NCBI RefSeq assembly: GCF_006345805.1
Contig: NC_043000.1
Span: forward strand, 93,248,001 to 93,312,000
Origin: Octopus sinensis
Lineage: Eukaryota
Reading direction: 5' to 3'
Length of the DNA stretch: 64,000 nucleotides
The position numbers and the translations under genes are program-made. Position 1 is the stretch's first letter; every line of letters begins with the position of its first letter. This document shows, in pieces, positions 40,373-51,539 of the stretch. The notes below the pieces were generated by a model that was given only the letters and a program-made list of their open reading frames with translations, was not told the DNA's origin and searched no databases.

Positions 40373-41215
40373 TTTATGGTCAGTTTGCCAGAGATATGAG
40401 CGCAAATACAGATACAGAAGGCCAGTGGTTATGAATGTGGAAGTGTGACCTGAAGATAGAAACAGAAGCAGTTATATGCATGGTGCTAAGATAAGCACTG
40501 AGGACAAACTATGTGAAATGCAGAATTGATAACACGACAGAGAACCACAAACATAGAATGTATAGTGAGAGAGGTGAGACAGTGTGACACATTGTTAAGG
40601 AATGCCCAAACTTGGCACAACATAAATACAAAAAAGTGATATGGCAAAGTGGTAAGAGTGATTCTTTGGGAGCTCTGTGGAAATTATGGTATAGAAAGAT
40701 CAAAGATGTGCCATGAATAAATCCCAGAAGGAATTACTGAGAATGATAATTGCAAAATCTTGTGAGATGCAAAGATTCAGTGTAACCATCAGATTAAACA
40801 TCAGAAACCTGAGATTGTTGTGACAAAAAGAAAAAAAAAAACCTTGCTTAATAATCAACATAGCATGGTCCTGGTGACAATAAGAATCAAAGAAAAATAA
40901 GAAAAATTGAAGAACTATGATGATTTGGAGAAGGAAATATGCAGTTTGTGGGCGATGAAAGGAATGGATATGATACCAGTAATAATTGGCGTGCTAGGAA
41001 GCATCAGCACTCAGCTACCAACATGACTCAAGAAGATTGGTACAGATGTAAAGATAGAACACCTACAAAAATCATCATTGCTTAGAACTGCAAAAGTTCT
41101 CGGCAGGGTTCTTGAAGCATGACTAGTTAACAAGTGTGACCTTAGTCTACTGGCTGTAGACAGGTGTCACTTTCCAACATACCCAGTAAAATAAGCTGTG
41201 AGTTTTCATGAAATA
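40371..41215 (+). pseudogene. Decayed R4/Dong-like 3' fragment
   Basis: YGQFARD..LKIETEAVIC..ALRTNYVK..ETV*HIVKEC.. through IPVIIGVLG..LQKSSLLRTAKVLGRVLEA*, with stops and frameshifts. (AAT)n on both sides. Confidence 0.8.
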
Positions 41216-41240
41216 ACAACAACAACAATAATAATGATAG

Positions 41241-41281
<41 letters not shown>

Positions 41282-41283
41282 GG

Positions 41284-42240
41284 ATGCTAAAGCTCGTGGA
41301 AAATCACGAGAGACGAAAGAAGCTTCATTCTATCATAAAGGAAAGCAAAAAATTTGCTATTGATCTCGTGCAGGATACCCAAACTGAACAACCCGATGGA
41401 AGTACGGCAACTATTGTTGCAAAGAAGGTGAAAATGATGGCAATGAAGAAAGCGCATGAGCAATTGGCTGATAGGTGGGAGGAGAAACCTCTGCACGGTA
41501 AATATGTGACCCGCAGCAAACAAGCTGATGTTGACCAGAAGCAAACCCATCAGTGGCTACGGAGCTCAGGGCTAAAAGCAGAGAGCGAAGGTTTCATCCT
41601 GGCTGCTCAAGATCAAAGCCTATTAACCCGGAACTACCAGGCCAATGTGATGAAAAATGGAGCAGACCCAAAATGCCGATTCTGCAACGACATGATTGAA
41701 ACAGTGGACCACCTAATCTCTGGATGTAAAGTCTTAGCACCAGTGGAGTATAAATTAAGACATGACAGAGTTGGCCAATATCTCCACTGGCTAATAAGTC
41801 GGCATTACAATATCAAAACTTCCGACAAGTGGTATAATCACCACCCTGAGGCTGTAACTGAAGGAGAAAATGTAACCATTCTGTGGGACTTTCCAGTACA
41901 TACAGACCGAACCATCAAGGCCAATAAACCAGATATTGTTGTGAAAGACCAAAACAATAAAGTTTGCTTATTGATCGACATGAGCATACCCTGTGATCAT
42001 AATATCTCAGCGAAAGAGTTTGACAAGCTCAGAAAATATAAAGACCTACTCATTGAAATTGAGAAAATGTGGCATCTCAAGGCGGTTACAATACCAGTGA
42101 TCGTAGGAGCACTAGGAATGATCAAGAAGGGAACCGAAAATTATATGAGAATGATCCCTGGCTTACCATCCCTGCAAGAAGTGCAAAAGATTGTCTTAAC
42201 TGGTACATCACACGTATTGAGAAGAGCATTGTCGATGTGA
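41284..42240 (+). CDS. R4/Dong-clade non-LTR retrotransposon ORF, C-terminal part (CCHC zinc knuckle + restriction-like PD-(D/E)xK endonuclease); 5'-truncated, no RT core
   Basis: Open 318-aa frame containing KPLHG, AAQDQSLLTRNY, CRFC-x7-H-x4-C, RHDRV, KPDIVVKD..LIDMSIP..KEFDKLRKY, PVIVGALG and QKIVLTGTSHVLRR. Begins directly after (AAT)n; its 3' UTR ends in an A-run plus (AAT)n at ~42410. Confidence 0.92.
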   Translation: MLKLVENHERRKKLHSIIKESKKFAIDLVQDTQTEQPDGSTATIVAKKVKMMAMKKAHEQLADRWEEKPLHGKYVTRSKQADVDQKQTHQWLRSSGLKAESEGFILAAQDQSLLTRNYQANVMKNGADPKCRFCNDMIETVDHLISGCKVLAPVEYKLRHDRVGQYLHWLISRHYNIKTSDKWYNHHPEAVTEGENVTILWDFPVHTDRTIKANKPDIVVKDQNNKVCLLIDMSIPCDHNISAKEFDKLRKYKDLLIEIEKMWHLKAVTIPVIVGALGMIKKGTENYMRMIPGLPSLQEVQKIVLTGTSHVLRRALSM

Positions 42241-42407
42241 GAACTGTTGCTGCTCATGTATTTTAATTTAACTTTAAAAAAAATTTTAAAAAAAAATGAA
42301 CGAACTACTGAGTTTGGTTTAATGGCCTACCAATGTATACTATGAGTTTCTTTGCCCTAGGAGTCGGGAAGACACTCGGGAAGAAAATTTGAAAGAAGAA
42401 AAAAAAA

Positions 42408-42440
<33 letters not shown>

Positions 42441-43431
42441 GTGGTAGTAGTGGTGGTAGTAGTAGTAATAGTAGTAGTAGTAGTAGTAGTAACTATGTTA
42501 ATGACAACAACAATGAAGACAACGATGATCATGAGGATAAAGGTGGTGGTGGTGGTGATGATGATGATGATACAATAATGGTATTAATATGAATAATGAT
42601 GATGATGATGGCAGTGGTGGTGATAACAGCAACGAGGAGGAGGAGGAGGAGGAGGAGGAGAAGAAGAAGAAGAAGAAGAAGAAGAAGAAGAAGAAGAAGA
42701 AGAAGAAGAAGAAAGGTGCAGACGAAAGTTACTTGAAAAAAAAAGCAACAGCAGCAACAACATAAGGAAGAAAAGTGAGATGGAAAAGGATAAGAGGTAG
42801 GAAAATAAGAAATTGAAGAAGAGCAAATGAAGTGGGAACGAGGTGGGGTAAGAGAAGTCTGCAGAAGAGATGGAGTAATATGAAGACAGATATGTCATTT
42901 ATGAAATTGATAAGCTAATGCTAATTAACGAAAGAACAAAGAAAATTAAGGAAAAAGTGTGGCGAGGTATGTATGCCAATATGTGGGGAGGGGATTATAG
43001 GGTGCTGATGAAGGTTTGGAAAGAAGAGGAATGGAAAGAGATTCGGGGTGGAGTAAGGGTACTGGGGATGATGGAGAAGGCGGTGCCATTGTTGTCGGTG
43101 GTGGTGATTGGAAATCCATTTAGTTGTGCTGTTAATTTACTGCAGACTTTTTTGGGGGGTTGATATGACACCGACAAGATTTGGTTATAAATAGATAAAC
43201 ACAGATGCATGCACACATAAACACACACACACACACATATGCACACAACTATACACACATTTGTATCTTTTTTTAGACATGCATAAATACGTCTAAAAAT
43301 ACATCCATACATATATACACACATATACATATATGTGTGTATGTATATATATATATATGTGTGTGTGTGTGAGTATATTTTGCATGAGTTAAGAAATGGT
43401 GTTAAGTGAAAAATTTTTGTAAATATAATTA

Positions 43432-43873
43432 CAGGTTGTCGTTGATTTACAACCTACCTGACTTACAACCTATCGACTTTACGACAATTGGCGCACCTTC
43501 TACAGGGATCAATAATAGATAGTCCAGTTGAAATCTAATGGGTTTAATTTTTTTAGAAATTAACCCATCTATGGATGATGTCAGCAAACAAACACTTCTC
43601 CTAAGTTTGGTTATCGATTTCCACTGTGTTGGATGACTATCCTGTCGTGGAAACATCAAAGCAACCTCGTATTTGTTTATAAGATGATTGCTTGAATCTC
43701 CAAAATTTTTTACTAACGCCAGTATGATAGTATAATACAGAATGCTGTGTGTGACTTTTGCCTGAGAATGTACTTTAAGAATGTAAAAATATAAAACAAA
43801 CTATAAAGACCTATAGGTCGACTTATGCCCAGTCAGTCTGAACCAATTGTGGTCGTAAGTCAACAATGACCTA
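43432..43873. mobile_element. pogo/Tigger-like MITE
   Basis: TA|CAGGTTGTCGTTGATTTACAACC ... GGTCGTAAGTCAACAATGACCTA|TA: imperfect TIRs with internal GACTTACGAC repeats. Confidence 0.65.
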
Positions 43874-44087
43874 TATTAAATTTACTTCGGGTATACTGAA
43901 AAAGGGTGCTGACATGACTGTGTGGTAAGAAGCTTGCTTCCCAACCACATGGTTCTGGGTTCAGTCCCACTCTGTGGTACTTTGGGTAAATGAATTCTAC
44001 TATAGTTTCCGACCAACCAAAGTCTTATGAGTGGATTTTGTAGTTGGTAACTGAAAGAAACCTATTGTATATATATCTATGTTATCA

Positions 44088-44124
<37 letters not shown>

Positions 44125-44125
<1 letters not shown>

Positions 44126-44688
44126 GAATGAGAGAGCAGTGCATGCCAACAAAGTGACACTGGGGTAAAATATTTGAAGCCCAGTATACACATCATGACT
44201 ACTTGTCTTATAAGGGTACACCAGGCACATGCATCACAACCATATGTGCGCGACATGGTGGTCTCGTATCAAGATAAACATCACATGACCTTGCAGCTGG
44301 GGCCTAGTTAGAATTTTCTTCTGGTTGAGTAGCCCATCCCACTCAAAAGTCCCTGAATAAGGGTTGTTTAAGGATGTTGAATGAAACACCCATGTTTCCA
44401 GAGGTGAGGTGAATTATCCAAACCCCAAAAGAATTCTCCTCAACACATGGCTATGATGCTCCCCGACTACTTCTTCTTGTGATCAGACATTCACATATCG
44501 TCAGCCACCAAGGGACATGCTCAAGTGGTCATGGTCAAACAGCTGACAAGCAAATCTGTGGTATTGAGCAGAATATTTGCTGTAGCCCATCTTTTATACC
44601 AAGACAAAACAATGTACATGATATCACTTCCAATCAGTTAAGATCAGAAGCCACAAGAGCCACTGTCTGGTATTGCATCAGGGCATTT
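44125..44688 (-). mobile_element. Longer (~565 bp) copy of the non-coding microsatellite-embedded element
   Basis: Reverse complement of the 38713-40310 units with an extra ~85 nt at the start (AAATGCCCTGATGCAATACCAG...). Flanked by (ATT)n/(ATC)n and follows a SINE A head at 43905-44070. Confidence 0.85.
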
Positions 44689-44709
44689 ATTATTATTATT
44701 ATCATTATT

Positions 44710-44766
<57 letters not shown>

Positions 44767-45380
44767 GTTATTATAATTGTCATCGTCATCATCATCATAC
44801 TACTTTATCATTATTATTGTCTTCATCATCATCATCATCATCATCATCATTACTATTATTATTATTATTATTATTATATTATTATTATTATTAATATCAT
44901 CATCATCATTGTCTTTGTTGTCGTCGTCATCATCATCATTGTCGTCGTTGTTGTCATCATCATCATCAGCAGCAGCAGTTGTTGTAGTAGTAGCAGCAGC
45001 AGTAACAAGGCAGTAAGCAAACAGAATTATTAGCACACCAGACAAAATGCTGTGTAGCCTTTCAACCTTTCAGTTTAATGAAATAAGTACCAGTTGCACT
45101 ACTGGGGTCAATGTTCCCAATTAATCCATACTCATTAAAATTCCTGGCCTTGAGATGTATTTATGAAATACTTTCATCATTTAATTCCACTGTGTAATGC
45201 TGGAGAAAATAATGAGTGTGTTCTAGTGGCTGTGTGTAAGTAGCTTGCTTACCAACCACATGGTTTGGGGTTCAGTCCCACTGTGTGGCACCTTGGGCAA
45301 GTATCTTCTACTATAGCCTCAGGTCAACCAAAGCCTTGTGAGTGGATTTGGTAGACGGAAACTGAAAGAAGCCCATCGTA

Positions 45381-45449
<69 letters not shown>

Positions 45450-45453
<4 letters not shown>

Positions 45454-45878
45454 AAACAAGTCAAAAATAGAAAATGCTAAAATAATTTTATAGTGAACAT
45501 TTCAGTACCGGTTTCGGTCATTTTGAGACCTTTTCAACTGTAACGATTAAATAATTAAATTTAGAAAAATTAGAAGAAAAGTTTTTTTAAAAGAATATTT
45601 CTATAGTAGTGTTCAGATTTAAGTGGCATTCTGCCTTTCTCTGACTCCCTTGTTTGCACTTGTGCAAAGTGCAAACAAGGGAGTCAGAGAAAGGCAGAAT
45701 GCCACTTAAATCTGAACACTACTATAGAAATATTCTTTTAAAAAAACTTTTCTTCTAATTTTTCTAAATTTAATTATTTAATCGTTACAGTTGAAAAGGT
45801 CTCAAAATGACCGAAACCGGTACTGAAATGTTCACTATAAAATTATTTTAGCATTTTCTATTTTTGACTTGTTTTTTC
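45450..45878. mobile_element. Perfect 429-bp palindrome (212-bp arms, 5-nt loop) carrying two opposed HHRs
   Basis: 45450-45661 is the reverse complement of 45667-45878. HHR CAG-TTGAAAA-GGTC-tcaaaat-GACC-GAAAC-CG-GTA-CTG lies at 45788-45825 (+) and 45503-45540 (-). Confidence 0.9.
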
Positions 45879-45922
45879 ATATATATCAACTCGTGTGTTC
45901 CTTTTCACCCTTATACATATAT

Positions 45923-45983
<61 letters not shown>

Positions 45984-46161
45984 CATATATATATATATAT
46001 CTACTTGTTCCCTACTTATTATTCCTTTAACCCTTCTCTTCCTATTATCTAACTTTGACGTCAATTCTACTAACGTTTTTTTTTAAACACTTATTATCGT
46101 TTTGTTTACCATGTAGGCAGTCATCGCAATTATTGTTTTGTCTTGTTGTTGAGAGAGGCTC

Positions 46162-46254
46162 CCTTTCTTTCCTGATGAGAAGATTGCATCTTGCACCGTT
46201 TATTCCTTTGGAATAAAACCATGTTGTCTTCGAAACATATGTCGAGAGTAAAGG
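46162..46254 (+). ncRNA. Type I hammerhead ribozyme with extended stem II
   Basis: CCTTTCTTTC-CTGATGA-GAAGA-[loop including hairpin TTTATTCC-ttt-GGAATAAA]-TCTTC-GAAAC-ATAT-GTC-GAGAG(T)AAAGG. All core nucleotides are canonical, with a GUC site at 46241-46243. Confidence 0.8.
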
Positions 46255-46455
46255 AATTTTGTTAACATCTTCGTTCAACTCCATTTATTTATTTATTCAT
46301 ATATAACACGCAAATTTCTGCACATGAACCCGGAGTTTCTACCCTTGGACAGGGCGCATCAACCGTGTTTCTGACGGGAATTTGCTACCCTGGTATCGGT
46401 TCATCGAATTTTCCATGTTGATGGTAAACATAGGATAATTCATTCACCTATCGAA

Positions 46456-46510
<55 letters not shown>

Positions 46511-47899
46511 GTGTTTGTGTGTCTGGGTTTCTCCCCCACAACATCGCTTGACAACCGATGTTGGTGTGTTTAAGTCCCCGTAACTTAGCGATTCGGCAAA
46601 AGAGACTGATAGAATAAGTACCAGGCTTACAAAGAATATGTCCTGGGGTCGATTTGCTTGACTAAAGGTGGTGCTCCAGCATGGTCGCAGTCAAATGACT
46701 GAAACAAGTAAAAGAGTAAAAGAGTATCTGTTGTCTGGTGGTAGTTGTTTTGGTTGAGGTAGATGAAAGAGCCATCCTTGATGTACGAAAGGAGAAATTG
46801 GTTGAAGATAGGCACAAAACTCTTGATCTAAATGAATCAATAATGTCTCAGAACTAACCTTGATTTGACTGAGATGCCAAAAGGTACTCGGTTGTGTGTG
46901 ACAGTTGAGAGAAATAAAGGGCCAGGTACTCTATATGTGGTGTCATGAACCCCCTAATGACTTTTCACTAAAAGCAAAGGCTGAAAAAGAGAAGCAGCCA
47001 TCAATGATTCTGATGCTATAACTACAGAAGCAGCACATCTAACAACAGCAGCAAGAACAGAAGCAACTCTAAAAAGAACAGGGACAAAGATACTTTTCAA
47101 AAACTACAGCAGAAATATAGCTCCTCCATTACAAATAAAGGAATCCTTTCCCACAACACCTGTCCACAAAAACACAAGCACACATGCACATACACTCATA
47201 ACACCCACCTTCAAACAGAATCCTAATCTTTTTGTAAGATGTTTTAATGTGTTGCTTCTGTGATTATGACATCAGTAAGAAGAAATTAATAAAGGAGAAT
47301 GCAACATTTCCATAATAGACGTAGAAAGTCTGTTTACTAATGTTCCAATGGCAGAAACAATTACAAATCATATTACTTCAGGTACATGAATAACCAGAAA
47401 TAAACAATTCAAAATTCCAGTTTAATATATTGAAGAAATAAGGCAGTGAGTTGGCAGAAACATTAGCACGCCAGGCAAAATGCTTAGCGCTAGTTCACCT
47501 GTCGCTATGTTCTGAGTTCAAATTCCGCTGAGGTCAACTTTGCCTTTCATCCTTTTGGGGTTGACAAATTAAGTGCTAGTTGCATAATGGGGTCGATCCA
47601 ATTGACTGCCCCCTTCCCCAAAAATTTCGGGCCTTGTGCCTAGAACAGAAAAGAATATATTACATTTCAGCAAGGCAGCGAGCTAGCATACCAGGTAAAA
47701 TGCTCAGCAGTATTTCGTCTGTCTTTATACTCTGAGTTCAAATTCTGCCAAGGTCGACTTTGCTTTTCCTCCTTTTGAGATCAATAAATTAAGTAACTGT
47801 TGCATACTGGGGTTGATCTAATCAACTGACCCCTCCCCACTCCCCCAAAATTTATAGCCTTGTGCTTTGAGTAGAAAAGAATATACTGAAGAAATTATT

Positions 47900-48064
47900 A
47901 TAGGTGTAGGAGTGGCTGTGTGGTAAGTAGTTGCTTATGAACCACATGGTTCCAGGTTCAGTCCCACTGTGTGGCACCTTGGGCAAGTGTCTTCTACTAT
48001 AGCCTCGGGCCAACCAAAGCCATGTGAGTGGATTTGGTAGACGGAAACTGAAAGAAGCCCGTCG

Positions 48065-48152
<88 letters not shown>

Positions 48153-48380
48153 GTGTGTGTGTATACATTTGTGTGTCTGTGTTTGTCCCCACCAACATCA
48201 CTTAACAACCGATGCTGGTGTGTTTACATCCCCGTAACTTAGTGGTTCGGCAAAAGATACCAATAGAATAAGTACTAGGCTTACAAAAAATAAGTCCTGG
48301 GGTCGATTTGCTCAACTAAAGGTGGTACTCCAGCATGGCCACAGTGAAATGACTGAAACAAGTAAAAGAGAAAAAAGAGA
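47900..48380 (+). mobile_element. SINE family A
   Basis: Full-length copy within the Penelope remnant. Confidence 0.85.
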
Positions 48381-49021
48381 GACTAAAGAACATTGAACAA
48401 GAGAATATATTTTTACAACACATTGCGGCTGCTGGCACCAATGTCAGTGGTACTTAAAAAGTACCCTTCAAACACTGGGTGATATGTCATGCTTGAAAAG
48501 ACCCGCCAAGCCAAGTGAAAACCTTAGTTGTGGCCAATGCCAGTGTCATATAAGTGGTACATAAAAAGCACCCATTGAATTTTGGGTCTGATGGAGGCAG
48601 TGACATGTGAACAAGACCTTTGGCAATTTACTACCAAGCTGATGCCGGTGTTTCATAACTGGCACCCATACCAGTGCCACGTAAAAAGCACCAACTGCAC
48701 TCTTGGAGTGGTTGACAATAGGAAGGGTATCCAGCCGCAGAAATCATGCCAGATCAGCCTGGAACCTAGTGCAGTTCCCCAGCTTACTAACTTTCAGTCA
48801 AACTGTCCAACCCATGCTAGCATGAAAAACGGATGTTAAATGATGATGATGAAGATGATGAAGCAAATTATATAAGCAAAAATGTTAATAGTCCAAAGGA
48901 TGCCCCTTAAAGCCCACACTGGTTGCATCCTACATGGCCACAATAGAAAGCAAAAGTGTAACTAACACAAACACAGATTATATAATATCTCAAGTATGTG
49001 GACGATGTAGTCATTCATAAT

Positions 49022-49297
49022 TTTTTTCTATGTACCTTTTTCAAGCCTAGCCAGGCTCATGGGCCCGGTTTCCTGGTTTCTATGGTGTATGTGTTCCCCC
49101 AGCTGGACGGGATGCCAGTCCATTACAGCATTACCCAAGAAACAGGAAGAAAGAGTGAGAGAAAGTTGGGGTGAAAGAGTACAACAGGGGTCGCCACACC
49201 CCCTGCCAGAGCCTTGTAGGGTTTTAGTCTGGGAATCGAACCGCGATCCTCCGACTATGAGTCTGCTGCCCTAACCACTGGGCCATTGCACCTCCAC
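49022..49297 (-). mobile_element. SINE family C with target-site duplication
   Basis: Reverse of 57608-57905 with an A-rich tail. Flanked by the direct repeat AGTCA(T/C)TCATAAT (49009-49021 and 49298-49310). Confidence 0.8.
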
Positions 49298-49640
49298 AGT
49301 CACTCATAATAGATACACCAAAAGACATTGTGAAATTAAGAAAATTTGAAGAAAATAACTATGCATTAAAATTCAACATTCAAAACAATAAAAAGGAATC
49401 TCCTAGCTATATAACGACACCATTTCTAGACATAAACATTTATAAAGAAAATAACAAATATCTTCCCATTCATTGATAGCAAAGACACAAACAAATTCAT
49501 ATACATGAATAGAAATAAAGAATGCTAATATAAATACAAGATGCAACAGCAAAACTTCCTGTATTTTACATAGCCATTGGCATGGTGTTAGTAAAGTTAT
49601 GTGAAAGTATGGGATGTCTTCAGGTTGTTATTTTATTGTT

Positions 49641-49990
49641 TATTACTTCCGCCTTAACGAAGGCAGAAGTATTGTTTTCAGTCATGTTTGTTTGTCTATG
49701 AACAAGATATCTCAAGAACAGTTGGATGGATTCAGATGTTTGACCTCGTGACTGGCATGAACTGATTTTGATTTTGGGATCGATCCAGTACTGGACAAAG
49801 ATTCTGGATTAATTTTTTCTATTTTTTTTACTTAATTTTTGAGAGTGATCAGGTTCAGTTTTAGTATTCTCGTTTGTGAGAGCTGTCAAGTTTATTTCAG
49901 ATATTCTCATTTTAATAATCATCTCCAGCTAATCATTGAACGGACATTGGTGTGGCCTTGGCAGAGGTTTGCGCTCTCTGCGTGCTCTTA
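49641..49990 (+). mobile_element. Helentron-associated non-autonomous element (HINE/DINE-like)
   Basis: 5' ATTACTTCCGCC..GGCAGAAGT hairpin/subTIR, (GTTT/GTCT) run, 3' subTIR GGCAGAGGT and terminal stem-loop GCGCTCTCTGCGTGCT. T-rich flanks. Confidence 0.6.
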
Positions 49991-50273
49991 TTTAATTTTC
50001 TTCTTTTTATTTTTCAGTTACAAAGAGTACTTCAGGGTTTGAACCACTGCATAATGTGCATTTACATTTTTTTTATTGCAGCCATACTGGAGCTCTGCCT
50101 TTAGTAAAAAAAATCGACTCCTAGGGTTTATTCTTTGTAAGCCTAGTACTTAGTCTATCAATCTCTTTTGCTGAATTGCTAACTTACAGGGACTTAAACA
50201 CACAAATATTGGTTGTCAAGTGATGGTCAAACACAGACACACATACATATATATATATATATACACACACACA

Positions 50274-51539
50274 CATGGGTTGGACAAAATAATGGAAACA
50301 ACTAGCATCATAGCATCATAATTTTGAAATATCTATAAAACTGTCAAAAGCTTGTTTATTTTTATGTTTTTTTTATATATTATTAGTGTTGCTTAATATG
50401 TTTTGCTAAAGTTGCTGTTTCTTTTCAGATATCATCAGGAAAAGTTAATTAAAATTCATTAAAATGACAGATAAATCAGACTTTCAAAGAGGTCAAATTG
50501 TTGGTGCTCATATGGCAGGTGCTAGTGTAATGAAAACAGCTGAAATGTTTGGTGTATCAAGAAGTACTGTCTAAAAAGTAATGACAGCCTTTGAGAAAGA
50601 GAAAAAAACTTCCTCATTGAGATAAAACTCCAGAAGAAAACCAAAACTTTCAGATAGGGACTGTCGAAATCTTATGCAAATTGTTAGAAAGGATCATAAA
50701 AGTACTGCTCCCAAAATTACTACAGAGCTTAGTGACCATATCAAGAACATAGTTTCCCAAAAACAGTTCGCCGGGAGCTGCACAAAACCAGATTTTATAG
50801 GAGGGCTGCAATCAGAAAACCACTGCTTTCAAAAACAAATGTTGGAAAGTGTTTAGAGTGGAGTAAAAACCTACAGAATTGGTTCCTAGAGCAGTGAAAG
50901 AATGTTATTTTCTCGAACAAGTCATCCTTTTCCTTATTTCTGATGACCAGCCAAGTATATGTGTGGAGACAGCCAAAAGAAGCATTTGACCTAGACTGCC
51001 TTCTTCCAACTGTTAAACATGGAGGAGGATCTGGGGTGGGGGCTATATCTTGGAAATCTGCTGGCCCAATGGTTTCTCTCCATGGCAGAATTAACAGTCA
51101 AAACTACTTATGCATTTTATCTGATCAAATTCATCCTATGGTTGCAGAACTGTTTCCAGATGGAAATGCAATCTTTCAGGATGATAACACCCCAATTCAC
51201 ACAGATAAAGTTGTTATGGAATGGCATGAGGAACATTCTAATGAAGTTGAACATCTTATTTGGCCACCACAGTCCCCAGATCTCAATATTATTGAACATT
51301 TATGGTGCATTTTACAAGAACAATAAGGAGTCTATATCCTCCACCATCATCACTACAAGAACTGGAGACTGTTTTAGCTGAAGAATGGACAAAAATTCCT
51401 TTGGAAACAATTCAAACTTTGTACGAGTCCAAACCTCGTAGAATTCAAGCTGTAATTACTGCCAAAGGAGGTCCTACCCCATATTAAAACAAATTTGTTT
51501 GAAATTTTAAGGTGTTTCCATTATTTTGTCCAACCCCTG
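50274..51539 (+). mobile_element. Full-length Tc1 (DD34E-type) transposon with decayed transposase, inserted in a SINE A linker
   Basis: TIRs CATGGGTTGGACAAAATAATGGAAACA and TGTTTCCATTATTTTGTCCAACCCCTG|TA. The ORF runs from 50464 (MTDKSDFQRGQIVGA) to 51487 (GGPTPY*) with stops and frameshifts, and contains FQDDNTPIH and WPPQSPDLNIIEHLW. Host SINE A (-) at ~50075-51712. Confidence 0.92.

Larger units (their letters stand above)
45225..46725 (+). mobile_element. SINE family A split by two HHR elements in its (TA)n linker
   Basis: Head 45225-45380 and tail 46510-46725. Confidence 0.8.
47280..49500 (+). pseudogene. Fragmented Penelope-like reverse transcriptase interrupted by SINEs
   Basis: DVESLFTNVPMAETI (47318), LYKQ..GCPLKPTL..YMATIE (~48867-48950), YLKYVDDVVI (YVDD 48995-49006) and PFLDINI (49420), in the correct order. 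Possible continuation KQILTDN at ~52047. Confidence 0.75.
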
